DNA of 64,000 nucleotides from a bacterium (GTDB lineage Bacteria > Electryoneota > Electryoneia > Electryoneales > Electryoneaceae): contig CAXXKJ010000002.1 in the NCBI GenBank assembly GCA_963675295.2, positions 1,344,001 through 1,408,000 on the forward strand, written 5' to 3'. Positions within the stretch are counted from its first letter, which is position 1. Each line of letters begins with the position of its first letter. A program made the position numbers and the translations under genes. The notes under the pieces were generated by a model. That model saw only the letters and a list, made by a program, of their open reading frames with translations. It searched no databases and was not told the DNA's origin. Positions 36,380 to 46,828 of the stretch are shown one piece after another.

Positions 36380-37993
36380 TCAGTCGTCCTTCGGCTGATC
36401 CCGATCCCTCAGCAACGGAAACAGCACGACGTCACGGATCGACTGGCGGTTGGTCATCAGCATCACGAGCCGGTCGACGCCGAGTCCGAGTCCGCCCATG
36501 GGTGGCATGCCGAGTTCCATCACACCGAGGTAGTCTTCGTCCAGCGGCATGGCGTCGTCTTCGCCACCGGCGCGGGCTTTCTGTTGCGCTTCGAACCGTT
36601 CGCGCTGATCCGCCGGATCGTTGAGCTCGGAGAAGGCGTTGCAGATTTCGAAGCCGCCGACATAGCCCTCAAAGCGTTCGACGAGGCGCGGGTCGTCACG
36701 GTGCTTCTTCGCCAGCGGGCTGAGCACCAGCGGGAAGTCGACGACGAAGGTCGGCCGGGTCAGGGTCGGTTCGACCAGTTCGCTGAACAGTTCGTCCAGC
36801 ATCTTGCCGTGGGACGGATTTTTCGGCAGGTCGACGTGATGCTTCTTGCATATGGTGTAGACGTCGAGCTTCGACGCGCCGGTCAGGTCGGCACCGGTCA
36901 TTTCCTGCAACGCGCCGAAGAACTTGACCCGTGGCCACGGCGGCGTGAAGTCGATCTCGCCCTCGCCCCAGGGTACGACGTACGTCCCGTGCAGCGTCTT
37001 CGCGATGCCGGAGACCATGCGTTCGGTGAGGTCCATGACGTAGTTGTAGTCCTCGAACGCGACGTAGCATTCCATCATCGTGAATTCGGGGTTGTGGCTG
37101 CGGTCGACGCCCTCGTTGCGGAAGTCCTTGGCGATTTCGTAGACACGGTCGAGCCCGCCGGCGACGAGGCGCTTCAGGTACAGCTCGTCCGCGATGCGCA
37201 GGAACAGGTCCTTCTTCAGCTGGTTGTGATGCGTGGTGAACGGCCGCGCGGTACCGCCACCGTACAGCGGTTGCAGGACCGGGGTTTCGACCTCGAGGAA
37301 TCCGTCCTCGTCGAGGATACGGCGCATCTCGCGGATCACGATCGCGCGTTGGCGGAACACCTCGCGCTCGTCCGGGTTGACCACGAGATCGAGCGCACGG
37401 TTGCGGTAGCGTTCGTCCGGATCGGAATACTCGTGGTAGCGGCGGCCGGTTTCAGCGTCCTCTTTCACCACTGGCAGGGGACGGATGCACTTCGCGAGCA
37501 GCGTCCACTCGAGCACGTGGATCGACTGTTCGCCGGTCTTGGTCACCATCGGGTAGCCGCGAATCCCGATCCAGTCGCCGAGGTCGACCGCGCCCTTGAA
37601 CAGCGAATACGGGGACTTGGCGGGGTCGTCCACGTCCGGCGGGTTGATGTCGTCACGCTTGACGTAGAGCTGGATCCGTGCGGTGTCGTCGTACAGGTGC
37701 GCAAACGACGCTTTTCCCATCACACGCTTGGCGACGAGGCGTCCGGCGATCCGGACTTCGGTCGGCGCAGGAGTGGCGGCGGATTCGTCCGTCTGGCCGG
37801 CCATCCCGGCGGCGGCTTCTTCGACACCCGCTGCGCCCGCGGCTGGGGCACCGGTCAGTTCGTCCCACTGGTCGAAGATGTCACGGACACGGTGTGTGCG
37901 GTCGTAGGAGTACGGATACGGGTCAATACCGGCGTCGATCATGCGCTGCAGCTTATCCAGCCGGGCTTGGGTCAGGTCGTCTCGGGTTTCCAT
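36380..37993 (-). CDS. lysS: Lysine--tRNA ligase (class II)
   Basis: GKASFAHL, FLEVETP, RPFTTHHN, LRIADELYLKRL, FRNEG..RSHNPEFT, GMPP.GGLGLGVDRL. Confidence 0.97.
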   Translation of the reverse strand: METRDDLTQARLDKLQRMIDAGIDPYPYSYDRTHRVRDIFDQWDELTGAPAAGAAGVEEAAAGMAGQTDESAATPAPTEVRIAGRLVAKRVMGKASFAHLYDDTARIQLYVKRDDINPPDVDDPAKSPYSLFKGAVDLGDWIGIRGYPMVTKTGEQSIHVLEWTLLAKCIRPLPVVKEDAETGRRYHEYSDPDERYRNRALDLVVNPDEREVFRQRAIVIREMRRILDEDGFLEVETPVLQPLYGGGTARPFTTHHNQLKKDLFLRIADELYLKRLVAGGLDRVYEIAKDFRNEGVDRSHNPEFTMMECYVAFEDYNYVMDLTERMVSGIAKTLHGTYVVPWGEGEIDFTPPWPRVKFFGALQEMTGADLTGASKLDVYTICKKHHVDLPKNPSHGKMLDELFSELVEPTLTRPTFVVDFPLVLSPLAKKHRDDPRLVERFEGYVGGFEICNAFSELNDPADQRERFEAQQKARAGGEDDAMPLDEDYLGVMELGMPPMGGLGLGVDRLVMLMTNRQSIRDVVLFPLLRDRDQPKDD

Positions 37994-39153
37994 CCTTCAC
38001 CTTCGTAAACGCGGGGGACACGGGGTGTCCAGCCGCAGAGAATTTCGTACGCGATGGTACCGGCTTTGGTCGCCAGCTCCCAGGCGGAAATGGTGTCGCC
38101 GTTTTCGGTGCCGAGCAGAGTCGCCTGCTGGCCGACCGCCAGTTCGTCCTGGCCGGTGAACACCATCATCTGGTCCATCGAAATGTTGCCGACCGTGGGG
38201 TATCGTTTCCCACCGATCAGCACCTCGCCGATGTTGGACAGGTGGCGCGGGTAGCCGTCGCCGTAGCCCATCGGGAGCGTTGCCAGCCAGCCATCCTCGG
38301 GCGCGGCCCAGGTGTGCATGTAGCCGACACCGGTACCCTTGCGGATGCCCTTGAAGAAAACAATTTCGGAGTGTAAGGACATCGCCGGCTGCAAACCGAG
38401 CGTGTTCTCCAGGTGCGCTCCCGGCGGATAGCCGAACAGCGAGATCCCGGGCCGGACGGTGGTGAACAACGCGTCTGGCAGGTTGAACAACGCGCTCGAG
38501 TTCGCCATGTGAACGTTCTCGAACTCAATCCCCAGCTTGCGGCAGCCATTGATCACGTCGTGAAACTGTTCCAGCTGCTGCTTCGCGAGGGTGATGTCCG
38601 GTCCCTGGGCACGGACGAAATGGCTGAAGATCCCGACGAGGTCGAGGTTCGGCAGCCGCGCAACCTGTTCGGCGAAGGCGACGGCGTTGTCTGCACGCAC
38701 CCCGATGCGGTTCATCCCGGTGTCGATCTTGAGGTGAACCCGCGCGGTGCGGTGCATCCGTTGCGCTTCCTCGCTGATCTGCTCGGCCTTGTACAGGCTG
38801 GAGGCGGTCAGGTCGAGGTGGTAGTCGATGAAGTGCTTTGTCTGGTACCCCACCAGTCCGCCGAGCACGAGGATCGGCGCTTCGATCCCCGCCTGCCGCA
38901 GCAGGACCGCTTCCTCGAGGAAGGCGACGCCGAACATGTCCGCCCCTTCACGCGCGAACTTGAGTCCGGCGGGGATGAGGCCGTGGCCGTACGCGTTCGC
39001 CTTGAGGATCGCCATCACCCGCGCGCCCTTGGCGTGTTTGCGGATCACGCTGAGGTTGTGCGCGAGCGCGTCCAGGTCAACCCGCAGGTAGGTCGGGCGT
39101 TTCCGGAACAACGGCGGCATCTGGGCGTAGGGATTTGTCGTGATCGTGTGCAT
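37972..39153 (-). CDS. alr: Alanine racemase
   Basis: AILKANAYGHG, HLKIDTGMNRIG, ANSSA, VRPGISLFG, GYGDGYPR, ISMDQ, TIAYEILC; overlaps lysS by 22 nt. Confidence 0.95.
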   Translation of the reverse strand: MHTITTNPYAQMPPLFRKRPTYLRVDLDALAHNLSVIRKHAKGARVMAILKANAYGHGLIPAGLKFAREGADMFGVAFLEEAVLLRQAGIEAPILVLGGLVGYQTKHFIDYHLDLTASSLYKAEQISEEAQRMHRTARVHLKIDTGMNRIGVRADNAVAFAEQVARLPNLDLVGIFSHFVRAQGPDITLAKQQLEQFHDVINGCRKLGIEFENVHMANSSALFNLPDALFTTVRPGISLFGYPPGAHLENTLGLQPAMSLHSEIVFFKGIRKGTGVGYMHTWAAPEDGWLATLPMGYGDGYPRHLSNIGEVLIGGKRYPTVGNISMDQMMVFTGQDELAVGQQATLLGTENGDTISAWELATKAGTIAYEILCGWTPRVPRVYEGEGWKPETT

Positions 39154-39494
39154 GGTCGGGAATATAGGGCCGCGAGGGGGAGCAGGAAACGTGGGACCGG
39201 GGACGGTCAATGGTATCCGGGGCTGTGGCACGCGGTGCACTGGCAGTTGTGTTTGGGACAGGGTGGGTGGGTTTCGACTGCTGGGTGGAAGACGTGAGAA
39301 AAATCAGCACGGAACCGATGGTATCGTCAAATAAACACATGCAATAGTCGGGATAGACTCTCCTAACAGTGACGAAACGTCATGTTTTCATTGAATGACT
39401 CATAAATGCCGTCTAGGTTAACTGATAGGGTTTGCGATAATCATCAGTGTATTCGCGTGAAACGGGTCGATGGATTTGCACGTGGGGGGAAACC

Positions 39495-41852
39495 ATGAAT
39501 GCACGGACAAGTGTGGTTGGATTGCTGCTGTTCCTCGTTTTTCTGCTGAGTTCTGGTCTGGCGCTGGCGTGGGTATCGATGCCGGGCAAGGCGGGGGTGA
39601 CGGCGTTTGCATGCAGTGACGACGAACAGAAGATGGTGGTGGGGACGTATTACGGCGGAGTCTGGTTCAGCCTGAACGGCGGCGTGACTTGGTATCCCAG
39701 CGATACCGGTGAGAATCGGATCGATCAGGTGTACAGTATTGAGGCCGTTGATTCGGAAGCGGACACGCTGTTCATGAGATGTACCGCGTCTGCATATCCG
39801 AACTACCAGAACATTCAAAAGAGCACCATGATCTCGACAAACAATGGTCAGACATGGATCTGGACAACGGGGAATCATCAGAATTATTATGATGATACCA
39901 TGATCATCGATTCAAATGATCATAATCATATTTATTGCTTGAACCGTCAGAGATTTATTAAATCAGAAGATTTTGGAGAAACATGGGGTGAAATAACGAA
40001 TGTTGATATGTATAATTCGTTGACATGGATGTTTATGCAGGACACACAATCGGATAGTACGTTGTTTATATCAGGAATCTACGGCAACTATGAAGCCAGC
40101 GGCATTTACCGGTCTGATGATCTGGGTGTGACTTGGAATGCAATGTTGGATCCCGTGTTGTACTACCAGTCCTATGTTCGGCCTGGAGGGGAAGTCTATA
40201 TCACGGATATCGATCGCTTGAGCAACGGGCATCTGTTTGCAACCGTTAACACAGCCTACAACGCTGATTATTATCCCTATTCCATCGACAGTTTTTTGCG
40301 CAGTCTGGATGATGGACAGACATGGCATGAAGAGTATCCGCTTCACGAAATGTTTGATCCATTACAGATCATGGAAGTTCAGGACGATCCAGGTCATCTG
40401 TACTTGTTCAGCGAGCGGGACTATCCATTCTACTACCACAAGCTCTACGAATCGAAAGACTATGGCTTGTCCTTTCATCCAGTTCCCGCTCCGTACTTCA
40501 ACGAATTCCGGGACTGCGCCTCGATGTCGCAAAATCCGTTTTCAGGATTCGAGTATGTCTGCACCACGGGCAACGGTACGTGGAAATCCGAGGACAACGG
40601 CGACACGTGGCAGGAATTGCAGCAGCCACCGTTCTCGACTGTGGGTTATCAGCACATTGACGAGGATTTCGTCTCCTATGTGAATCGAGGCGGAAACTGT
40701 GTCTACCTGCAACGCAACAGCGATCCGGAGGTACTTGAGATTCATTATCCGAATCCGTCGGTCGATTACGCGCAGGCGAATCTGCCAATCGTCAGCGTTC
40801 GCGGAGATACAATCGTTGGGATGTACTACCGGGAAGTGTATGAAACGGAAACACATATACTATTTACTGCTGAGAGCCCGGATCTCGGGGAAACATGGGG
40901 AGAACCGATCACCATCATTCCCATGGAGCAAATTGGGCATAATCTCAGGCCTGTGTATTCGCAAAGCGAGGGATACAAGTATATATCTGTCGCATCTTAC
41001 AATGATGAACTGGGATTTGTTTATCTGCTGAATGACCGAGGCGAATACCTCGATACTTATACATATAATAATATATTTGGTAATGTATCGATCGCTGAGG
41101 GTTACTTGTATCTTTTTGATAGTGATGCGGTCAAACGTATCCCGTTGGGTGGAAATCAATGGGAAGACCTGAACTACCCGTATTATCAAGAGGGAAGCGG
41201 GACTCCTGGACTGGTCAGTGAAGAGTTCGAGGAGATCTACACCTTCGGCGGGATTCACGGGTACAGGTACCTGAACGATCAGTGGCAGATGTTGTCCGTG
41301 GTTCCTTACGGCGGGATTCAATCCGTGGCCGCGATTCCCCGGCACGGTCAGGAACCGATCCTGCTGTTGACGACACGTTACAGTCCCGAAGTCTTCATCA
41401 GTACGGATGGCGGTTGGGAATGGGACCCGATTCCGAATGAGGCGCCGTGGTTTGAGCACTCCGCCAGAAACGGTGAGGTGATCTACGATCCGTGGCGGGA
41501 GTGCATCTGGGTGGAAACCCCGCACGGTCTGGTCTGGGAAGGAGAGGAGTGGTTCGACGATGTCGCGGAACAGAAGGCGTCACGCCCGGAGTCTTTCGGG
41601 CTGATGCATGCCTGGCCGAACCCGTTCAACGCGTCAACGACGGTCACGATCCGGCTCAGTCGTCCCGGCGAGGTAAAGCTGACCCTGTACAATGCGCTCG
41701 GGCAGGAGCTGCGGACGGTTGCCGACAGCCGCTTGACCGTCGGTGAGCATCAGGTCACGGTTGATGCCAGCGATTTCGCCAGCGGGACGTATTTCCTGCG
41801 GCTGGTCACGCCGGAAGGGGCATCGGTGCGGAAGCTGGTGCTGTTGCGGTAA
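39495..41852 (+). CDS. Secreted Asp-box (BNR) repeat beta-propeller protein with T9SS-type CTD, paralog 1
   Basis: Signal peptide; many S.D.G.TW motifs; AWPNPFNAST...FASGTYF. Confidence 0.85.
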   Translation: MNARTSVVGLLLFLVFLLSSGLALAWVSMPGKAGVTAFACSDDEQKMVVGTYYGGVWFSLNGGVTWYPSDTGENRIDQVYSIEAVDSEADTLFMRCTASAYPNYQNIQKSTMISTNNGQTWIWTTGNHQNYYDDTMIIDSNDHNHIYCLNRQRFIKSEDFGETWGEITNVDMYNSLTWMFMQDTQSDSTLFISGIYGNYEASGIYRSDDLGVTWNAMLDPVLYYQSYVRPGGEVYITDIDRLSNGHLFATVNTAYNADYYPYSIDSFLRSLDDGQTWHEEYPLHEMFDPLQIMEVQDDPGHLYLFSERDYPFYYHKLYESKDYGLSFHPVPAPYFNEFRDCASMSQNPFSGFEYVCTTGNGTWKSEDNGDTWQELQQPPFSTVGYQHIDEDFVSYVNRGGNCVYLQRNSDPEVLEIHYPNPSVDYAQANLPIVSVRGDTIVGMYYREVYETETHILFTAESPDLGETWGEPITIIPMEQIGHNLRPVYSQSEGYKYISVASYNDELGFVYLLNDRGEYLDTYTYNNIFGNVSIAEGYLYLFDSDAVKRIPLGGNQWEDLNYPYYQEGSGTPGLVSEEFEEIYTFGGIHGYRYLNDQWQMLSVVPYGGIQSVAAIPRHGQEPILLLTTRYSPEVFISTDGGWEWDPIPNEAPWFEHSARNGEVIYDPWRECIWVETPHGLVWEGEEWFDDVAEQKASRPESFGLMHAWPNPFNASTTVTIRLSRPGEVKLTLYNALGQELRTVADSRLTVGEHQVTVDASDFASGTYFLRLVTPEGASVRKLVLLR

Positions 41853-41916
41853 TCAATACTTGAAACAACTGCAGATACGAACTCCACTTATGACGGGTCA
41901 CGAATCGGAGGGACTT

Positions 41917-44262
41917 ATGTTCAAACGATTGATATTGTTTGCTGCAATTGCACTCGTATACGCCAACCAGGTCGGAGCCTGGGAACTGCTGCCCGGGAAG
42001 CCGAACGTTGACATGTTCGTCACGAGCGCTGATGAGCAGCGGATTATCGCATTCCTGTTTACTGGTGGCTATTGGCTCACAAACGATGGCGGAAACACGT
42101 GGGAACCAATATCCGAAGCGGTGAACGACGAACACCGCGCCTGGTACGGCTATGATATCAGTGTTGTGGATGCCGCCGCGGATACGGTGATCACTCGGGT
42201 ATACTATGGGGAATATCCCGGGAACGAGTACCCCATGTACCAGGTTGCGCTCACGAAAAATGGCGGCCAATCCTGGCTTTTCCCGATCGGGTACAGCAAC
42301 TCCAGTGATTTCATGATTTGTAATCGAGGGAATCACAGAACCCTGATGTTCACAACGTCAAGCCGGTTCAGTAGATCGATTAACTTCGGCATGACCTGGG
42401 GGCTGTCAGTCGTCTACGATCCATACGTAAACCAAAAACTCAGTCTCAGCCAGGACGCTTTCCACGACTCAACCCTTTTCGCTACAGGGATCTACTTCGG
42501 CACACAGAGTTCCGGACTCTGGCGTTCCGATGATCTGGGCGCAACGTGGGAATGGGGACTTCCGGATGGTCCGTATTATGCTCAATGGGATATGATCATG
42601 ATGCCGGACATTGACCGATTGTCGAATGATGATCTGCTGCTCACCGTTCAAGGCAGCCCTTCCACTGATGAAGCCTGCGACAGTTTCCTTCGGAGCACGG
42701 ACGATGGTGAAACCTGGTCGGAGGAGTACCCGCTACCGTACGCCAATTCCTGGCCCGTTCAGGTTGTCGAGTTGACCGGACATGAAGGTCATCTACTGCT
42801 GCGTTGCCAGTATGGAAAGGAGTTCAGACAGTACCTTTACGAATCCGATGATTATGGCAACAGTTTTACCCTGTTGCAGGGACCAGCGCTATATGATGTT
42901 GTTCGCCCCAAAATCATGTTGAACAATCCGTTCAACCAGACGACATACGTTGCGACGGCTGGAAACGGTGCATGGAAAACCGATGATCAGGCGGAAACAT
43001 GGCAGTCGGTCCCGATGCCTGATTTTGGCAGCCATGGATTCACGCACATTGCTGCGGAGTACATCTCCTATGTTGGCGAGTACAGTGCGGATGTATTCGT
43101 GAAACGCGATGTCGATCCTGAAGTACAGTCCTTTTCCTATCCTCCACCAGCCGCGGATTCGTTGCAGGTTGCACTCCCCATCATTGCGGTGGACGGTTCC
43201 ACTATTCGCGGGATGTTCATGCGAAAATCCATGGAAACAGAGGAAGGCTACCTGTACGTGGTAGAGAGTATCGACAACGGCCAGACGTGGCATGATCCAA
43301 TCGTCTCCCTGCCGATGGTGTCGATCATGGGCAAAACTCCGATAACGTTCTGCGAGGATGGAGGGCAGAATTATATCCTCGTTTCCACTCAAACGAGTGA
43401 TGTTGGGACATGGTCCATCTACCTGTCTGATGATGACGGATTGACTTGGACAGCTGAGACCTTCCAGGACAATGAAATCCTGACGAAGTATGAAGTATAT
43501 GACGACCAGCTGCAAGCGATCCGCGCCGGTGAAGGTTTTTATCGACGACCGATTGATGGTGGTGATTGGGAGTACATTCCGCATACTGACCTCAATGGGT
43601 TCAAGGCTCCGGCAGCGACGGTACTAACCGATTTCGACACGTACTACACGTTAACCGACAGCATGGCATACCTGTACCAGCGAGATGAATGGGATACGTT
43701 GGGCCTGTTACCCAATGAACAGCTCAAGTTCGCAGATGCTATTCCACGCGACGGTCAACCGCCGGTACTTTTTGCCAGTTCGAACATGAACCCGAACCTG
43801 TTTGTCAGCTACGACGGCGGGTTCGAATGGGATACCATTCACGATCCGCAACCGTTCGTTGACCAGATGGCACGTTTGGCTGAAATCGAATACGATCCGA
43901 ATCGAAACAGGCTGTGGCTGAACACACCGTTGGGCCTGATGTGGGAAGATGCAGACCTGTTCCTGGGTGTCGGCGAACCTGAACCCGGAATCCCGCAGAC
44001 GCACAAGCTGCTGAGCGTGTACCCGAACCCGTTCAACTCTCAGGCTACCGCGACGGTCACGCTGGATCGTGCGAGAGATGTCAAGATGGTTCTATTCAAC
44101 ACGCTCGGGCAGGAAGTTCAAACACTGGCGGATGGACGGCTGAGCGCTGGCGATCACAGCTTCAGCATTGATGCCGCGTCGCTAGCGAGCGGTACGTATT
44201 TCCTGCGGGCAACCACGGGCGATGGTACCGCGTCCGTGCGGAAAATCGAGTTGGTTCGCTAA
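41917..44262 (+). CDS. Secreted Asp-box (BNR) repeat beta-propeller protein with T9SS-type CTD, paralog 2
   Basis: GGAGG RBS, signal peptide, collinear similarity to paralog 1 (DSTLF..GIY, RSDDLG.TW, DIDRLSN, DSFLRS.DDG.TW.EEYPL); VYPNPFNS. Confidence 0.85.
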   Translation: MFKRLILFAAIALVYANQVGAWELLPGKPNVDMFVTSADEQRIIAFLFTGGYWLTNDGGNTWEPISEAVNDEHRAWYGYDISVVDAAADTVITRVYYGEYPGNEYPMYQVALTKNGGQSWLFPIGYSNSSDFMICNRGNHRTLMFTTSSRFSRSINFGMTWGLSVVYDPYVNQKLSLSQDAFHDSTLFATGIYFGTQSSGLWRSDDLGATWEWGLPDGPYYAQWDMIMMPDIDRLSNDDLLLTVQGSPSTDEACDSFLRSTDDGETWSEEYPLPYANSWPVQVVELTGHEGHLLLRCQYGKEFRQYLYESDDYGNSFTLLQGPALYDVVRPKIMLNNPFNQTTYVATAGNGAWKTDDQAETWQSVPMPDFGSHGFTHIAAEYISYVGEYSADVFVKRDVDPEVQSFSYPPPAADSLQVALPIIAVDGSTIRGMFMRKSMETEEGYLYVVESIDNGQTWHDPIVSLPMVSIMGKTPITFCEDGGQNYILVSTQTSDVGTWSIYLSDDDGLTWTAETFQDNEILTKYEVYDDQLQAIRAGEGFYRRPIDGGDWEYIPHTDLNGFKAPAATVLTDFDTYYTLTDSMAYLYQRDEWDTLGLLPNEQLKFADAIPRDGQPPVLFASSNMNPNLFVSYDGGFEWDTIHDPQPFVDQMARLAEIEYDPNRNRLWLNTPLGLMWEDADLFLGVGEPEPGIPQTHKLLSVYPNPFNSQATATVTLDRARDVKMVLFNTLGQEVQTLADGRLSAGDHSFSIDAASLASGTYFLRATTGDGTASVRKIELVR

Positions 44263-44267
44263 CGAAA

Positions 44268-44304
44268 AACGCGCGACAGCCAAGTGAAAAGGTTGTCGCG
44301 CGTT
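44268..44304. terminator. Hairpin between convergent genes
   Basis: AACGCGCGACAGCC/GGTTGTCGCGCGTT. Confidence 0.7.
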
Positions 44305-44329
44305 GCCATTGACAGAAACTGTACAGGGT

Positions 44330-46240
44330 TCAGAGCTCGAGCGCAGCTTCCCAGCCGTCTTTGGTTGCGTCGTAGATCTGGCGTGGTTGTTTCGCGTCGC
44401 CGATGATGCGAACGTGCAGGCCGCGCGCGGTCAGATCGGCGCTGAGATCGTCCCGTTTCGTCGCACCGACCGCCACCACGACGTTGTCGAACGGGCCAAG
44501 CTGGGAGGTTTCGCCGTCCGTTTCGATTGTGGCCATGCCATTTTCGTACGCGAGGATCTTGGTGCTGGTGTGAACCGGGACAGCCTTGGCGTTCAGCTGT
44601 TTCAGCGCCAGCTTGCGGCTGACCGGTTCCATGTCGCGTGCGATGTCCTCGAGCATCTCCACGATCACCGGCTCGCCGCCACGCGCGAGCAGGTATTCGG
44701 CGGTTTCGACACCGACCAGCCCGCCGCCGACAATCAGAATACGTTTGCCAATGTTGGATGCGCCGTACAAAATGTCGGACCCGGTGAGCGCGTTCTCGAG
44801 GCCGGGCACGGGGATGCGTGACGGCACCGATCCGGTGGCGATCAGGACCTCGTCCGGGTCTTCCGCCACGATCAAATCCACGGTTGCCTGGGTGTTGAGC
44901 CGGATGTCGACGTTCGAGTGCAGGATCTCGCGCAGGCGGGATTCGTACGGCGCGCGCATGCTGTGTTTGCCCGGCACGAGGAACGCCAGCTCGAACTGGC
45001 CGCCGAGGTGGTCGCGTTCCTCGAACAGGATGACGTCGTGACCTTGTTCTTCCGCGGTCAGGGCGGCCTGGATGCCGGCCGGTCCGCCGCCGATGACGGC
45101 GACTTTCTTGCGTGTCGTTGGCGCCGGGATGTCGCGTCCCTCGGCACCGGCTTCGGCGTTGATGATGCAGCCGATGCCAACGCCGGTCTTGACTTTGAGC
45201 AGGCAGCCCTGCAGGCAATGGCCGCAGAGGTTGACGTCGTCCGGCTGCCCGGCCAGCATTTTTGCCGGGAGGTCGGGATCGGCCACCAGCGGCCGTCCCA
45301 TCGCGACCACATCCGCCATGCCTTCGGTGAGGACTTCGGCGATGCGTTCCGGATCACCCAGCCGTCCGGCGACAATCACCGGCACATCGACCGCGCCGCG
45401 AATCTGCGCCGCCCACGCCTCGTTTTTTCCCTGCGGCAACGCCATGTGCTGGTAATACCACGGCGGCGTGTCGCAAGCCGATCCGCTGACCACGTGAACC
45501 GCCTGTACGCCCTGCGTTTCGAGGAACTGCGCGAGCTCGAGGGCGTCGTCGATGGTCAACCCGCTGTCCACCATCTCGGACGCCGACAGCCGGCCGATGA
45601 TCGGAAACTCCGGGCCAACTGCGTCGCGTACGGAGGTTAGCACTTCACGAGCGAACCGTTGCCGGTTGGCGGCGGAACCGCCGTAGTCATCGGTGCGTTG
45701 GTTGGTGCGTTTCGACCAGAACTGGCTGACGAGGTAGCCGAGGCCGAACTGGACTTCGACGGCGTCGTAGCCGGCTTCTTTGACTCGCCCGGCGGCGTTC
45801 CCGAACGCGGTGACGATCTCAGCGATCCGAGCCACGGTTAGCTCCTCCGGTGTCTGGCCGGTGGACGGGCAGGGGACGGGTGACGGTGCTTCCGGCGGCG
45901 ACCCGCTGGCCTTGGGGTTGGCCGCACGGCCGGCGTGGTTGATGTGCGCGATCGCAATGGCGCCCTCGGCGTGGATCACCTCAGCCAGTTGACGCAGGCC
46001 GTCCAGGTGATCGTCGGAATGGGCACCGAGCTGCTTCAGGTGCTCACGGCCGCGCTTGTCAACCGTCATCGGCTCGGTGATGATCGCGCCCGCGCCGCCA
46101 CGTGCCCGGCGTTGAAAGAACGCGAGGGTTTGAGCGGTGACGTGACCGTCCGGAGTGCCATAGCCCGTCTTGACCGGCGCCATCCACAGCCGGTTGGCGA
46201 CGGTGAGTGTGCCGAGTTGAAGTGGATCGTTCGCGCGCAT
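44330..46240 (-). CDS. NADH:flavin oxidoreductase (OYE TIM barrel + 4Fe-4S + FAD/NAD domain; DCR/BaiCD-like)
   Basis: NRLWMAP, RARGGAG, NQRTDDYGGS..NR.RF, MGRPLVADP, CGHCLQGC..C, GGGPAG, GGGLVG. Confidence 0.9.
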   Translation of the reverse strand: MRANDPLQLGTLTVANRLWMAPVKTGYGTPDGHVTAQTLAFFQRRARGGAGAIITEPMTVDKRGREHLKQLGAHSDDHLDGLRQLAEVIHAEGAIAIAHINHAGRAANPKASGSPPEAPSPVPCPSTGQTPEELTVARIAEIVTAFGNAAGRVKEAGYDAVEVQFGLGYLVSQFWSKRTNQRTDDYGGSAANRQRFAREVLTSVRDAVGPEFPIIGRLSASEMVDSGLTIDDALELAQFLETQGVQAVHVVSGSACDTPPWYYQHMALPQGKNEAWAAQIRGAVDVPVIVAGRLGDPERIAEVLTEGMADVVAMGRPLVADPDLPAKMLAGQPDDVNLCGHCLQGCLLKVKTGVGIGCIINAEAGAEGRDIPAPTTRKKVAVIGGGPAGIQAALTAEEQGHDVILFEERDHLGGQFELAFLVPGKHSMRAPYESRLREILHSNVDIRLNTQATVDLIVAEDPDEVLIATGSVPSRIPVPGLENALTGSDILYGASNIGKRILIVGGGLVGVETAEYLLARGGEPVIVEMLEDIARDMEPVSRKLALKQLNAKAVPVHTSTKILAYENGMATIETDGETSQLGPFDNVVVAVGATKRDDLSADLTARGLHVRIIGDAKQPRQIYDATKDGWEAALEL

Positions 46241-46448
46241 CGTTTCCCCCCAAGGTGTGTGCGTGTTGGTGTGGTTCCTGTTGGATGCGTGGGCGGGGGG
46301 AAAGTTTTCATATACAGGAGATAGACTGGAATGGAATGCGTCAGGATTTTCGCGTAGGCACATGTACTGGCTCCAGTTCATATCTTAGCAACACTCGGTT
46401 TGAATATTCCTAAGTTTCGGCACGGGCGCTAAACAAAGGGGGTTTGAC

Positions 46449-46793
46449 ATGACGTTGTTCTATCGGATTGCAGCGGGCTTGATGATCCTACTGGGGATTG
46501 CACACACGGCGTTGACGGGCATGTTTTATGATACACTAACAGTCGATACGCTATGGTATGTGGGGACGGGGATTGGTACCATAGTTCTGGGTTTTTTCAA
46601 CCTTGTGAATGCGATGGTACCGCCACGCCCAATTTGTGGCGGAGTCATCCTGTCAAACTTGCTTTTCACCGTCTATTTCGGGATTGTGATCGCAGTACTC
46701 GGTGAATCACAAGCTTGGATTGCGGGTGTACTGGCTCTAGCATGCCTTTCAGGATCAGTGGTTCCAAAAAAGAATGGTTCAGCAGCGGTTTGA
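46449..46793 (+). CDS. Small 4-TM membrane protein
   Basis: Four hydrophobic segments, RBS-like GGGGG, lower GC than flanks. Confidence 0.65.
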   Translation: MTLFYRIAAGLMILLGIAHTALTGMFYDTLTVDTLWYVGTGIGTIVLGFFNLVNAMVPPRPICGGVILSNLLFTVYFGIVIAVLGESQAWIAGVLALACLSGSVVPKKNGSAAV

Positions 46794-46828
46794 ATGACTC
46801 CGTACCTTGTTAAACCCGGTATTCCAGA

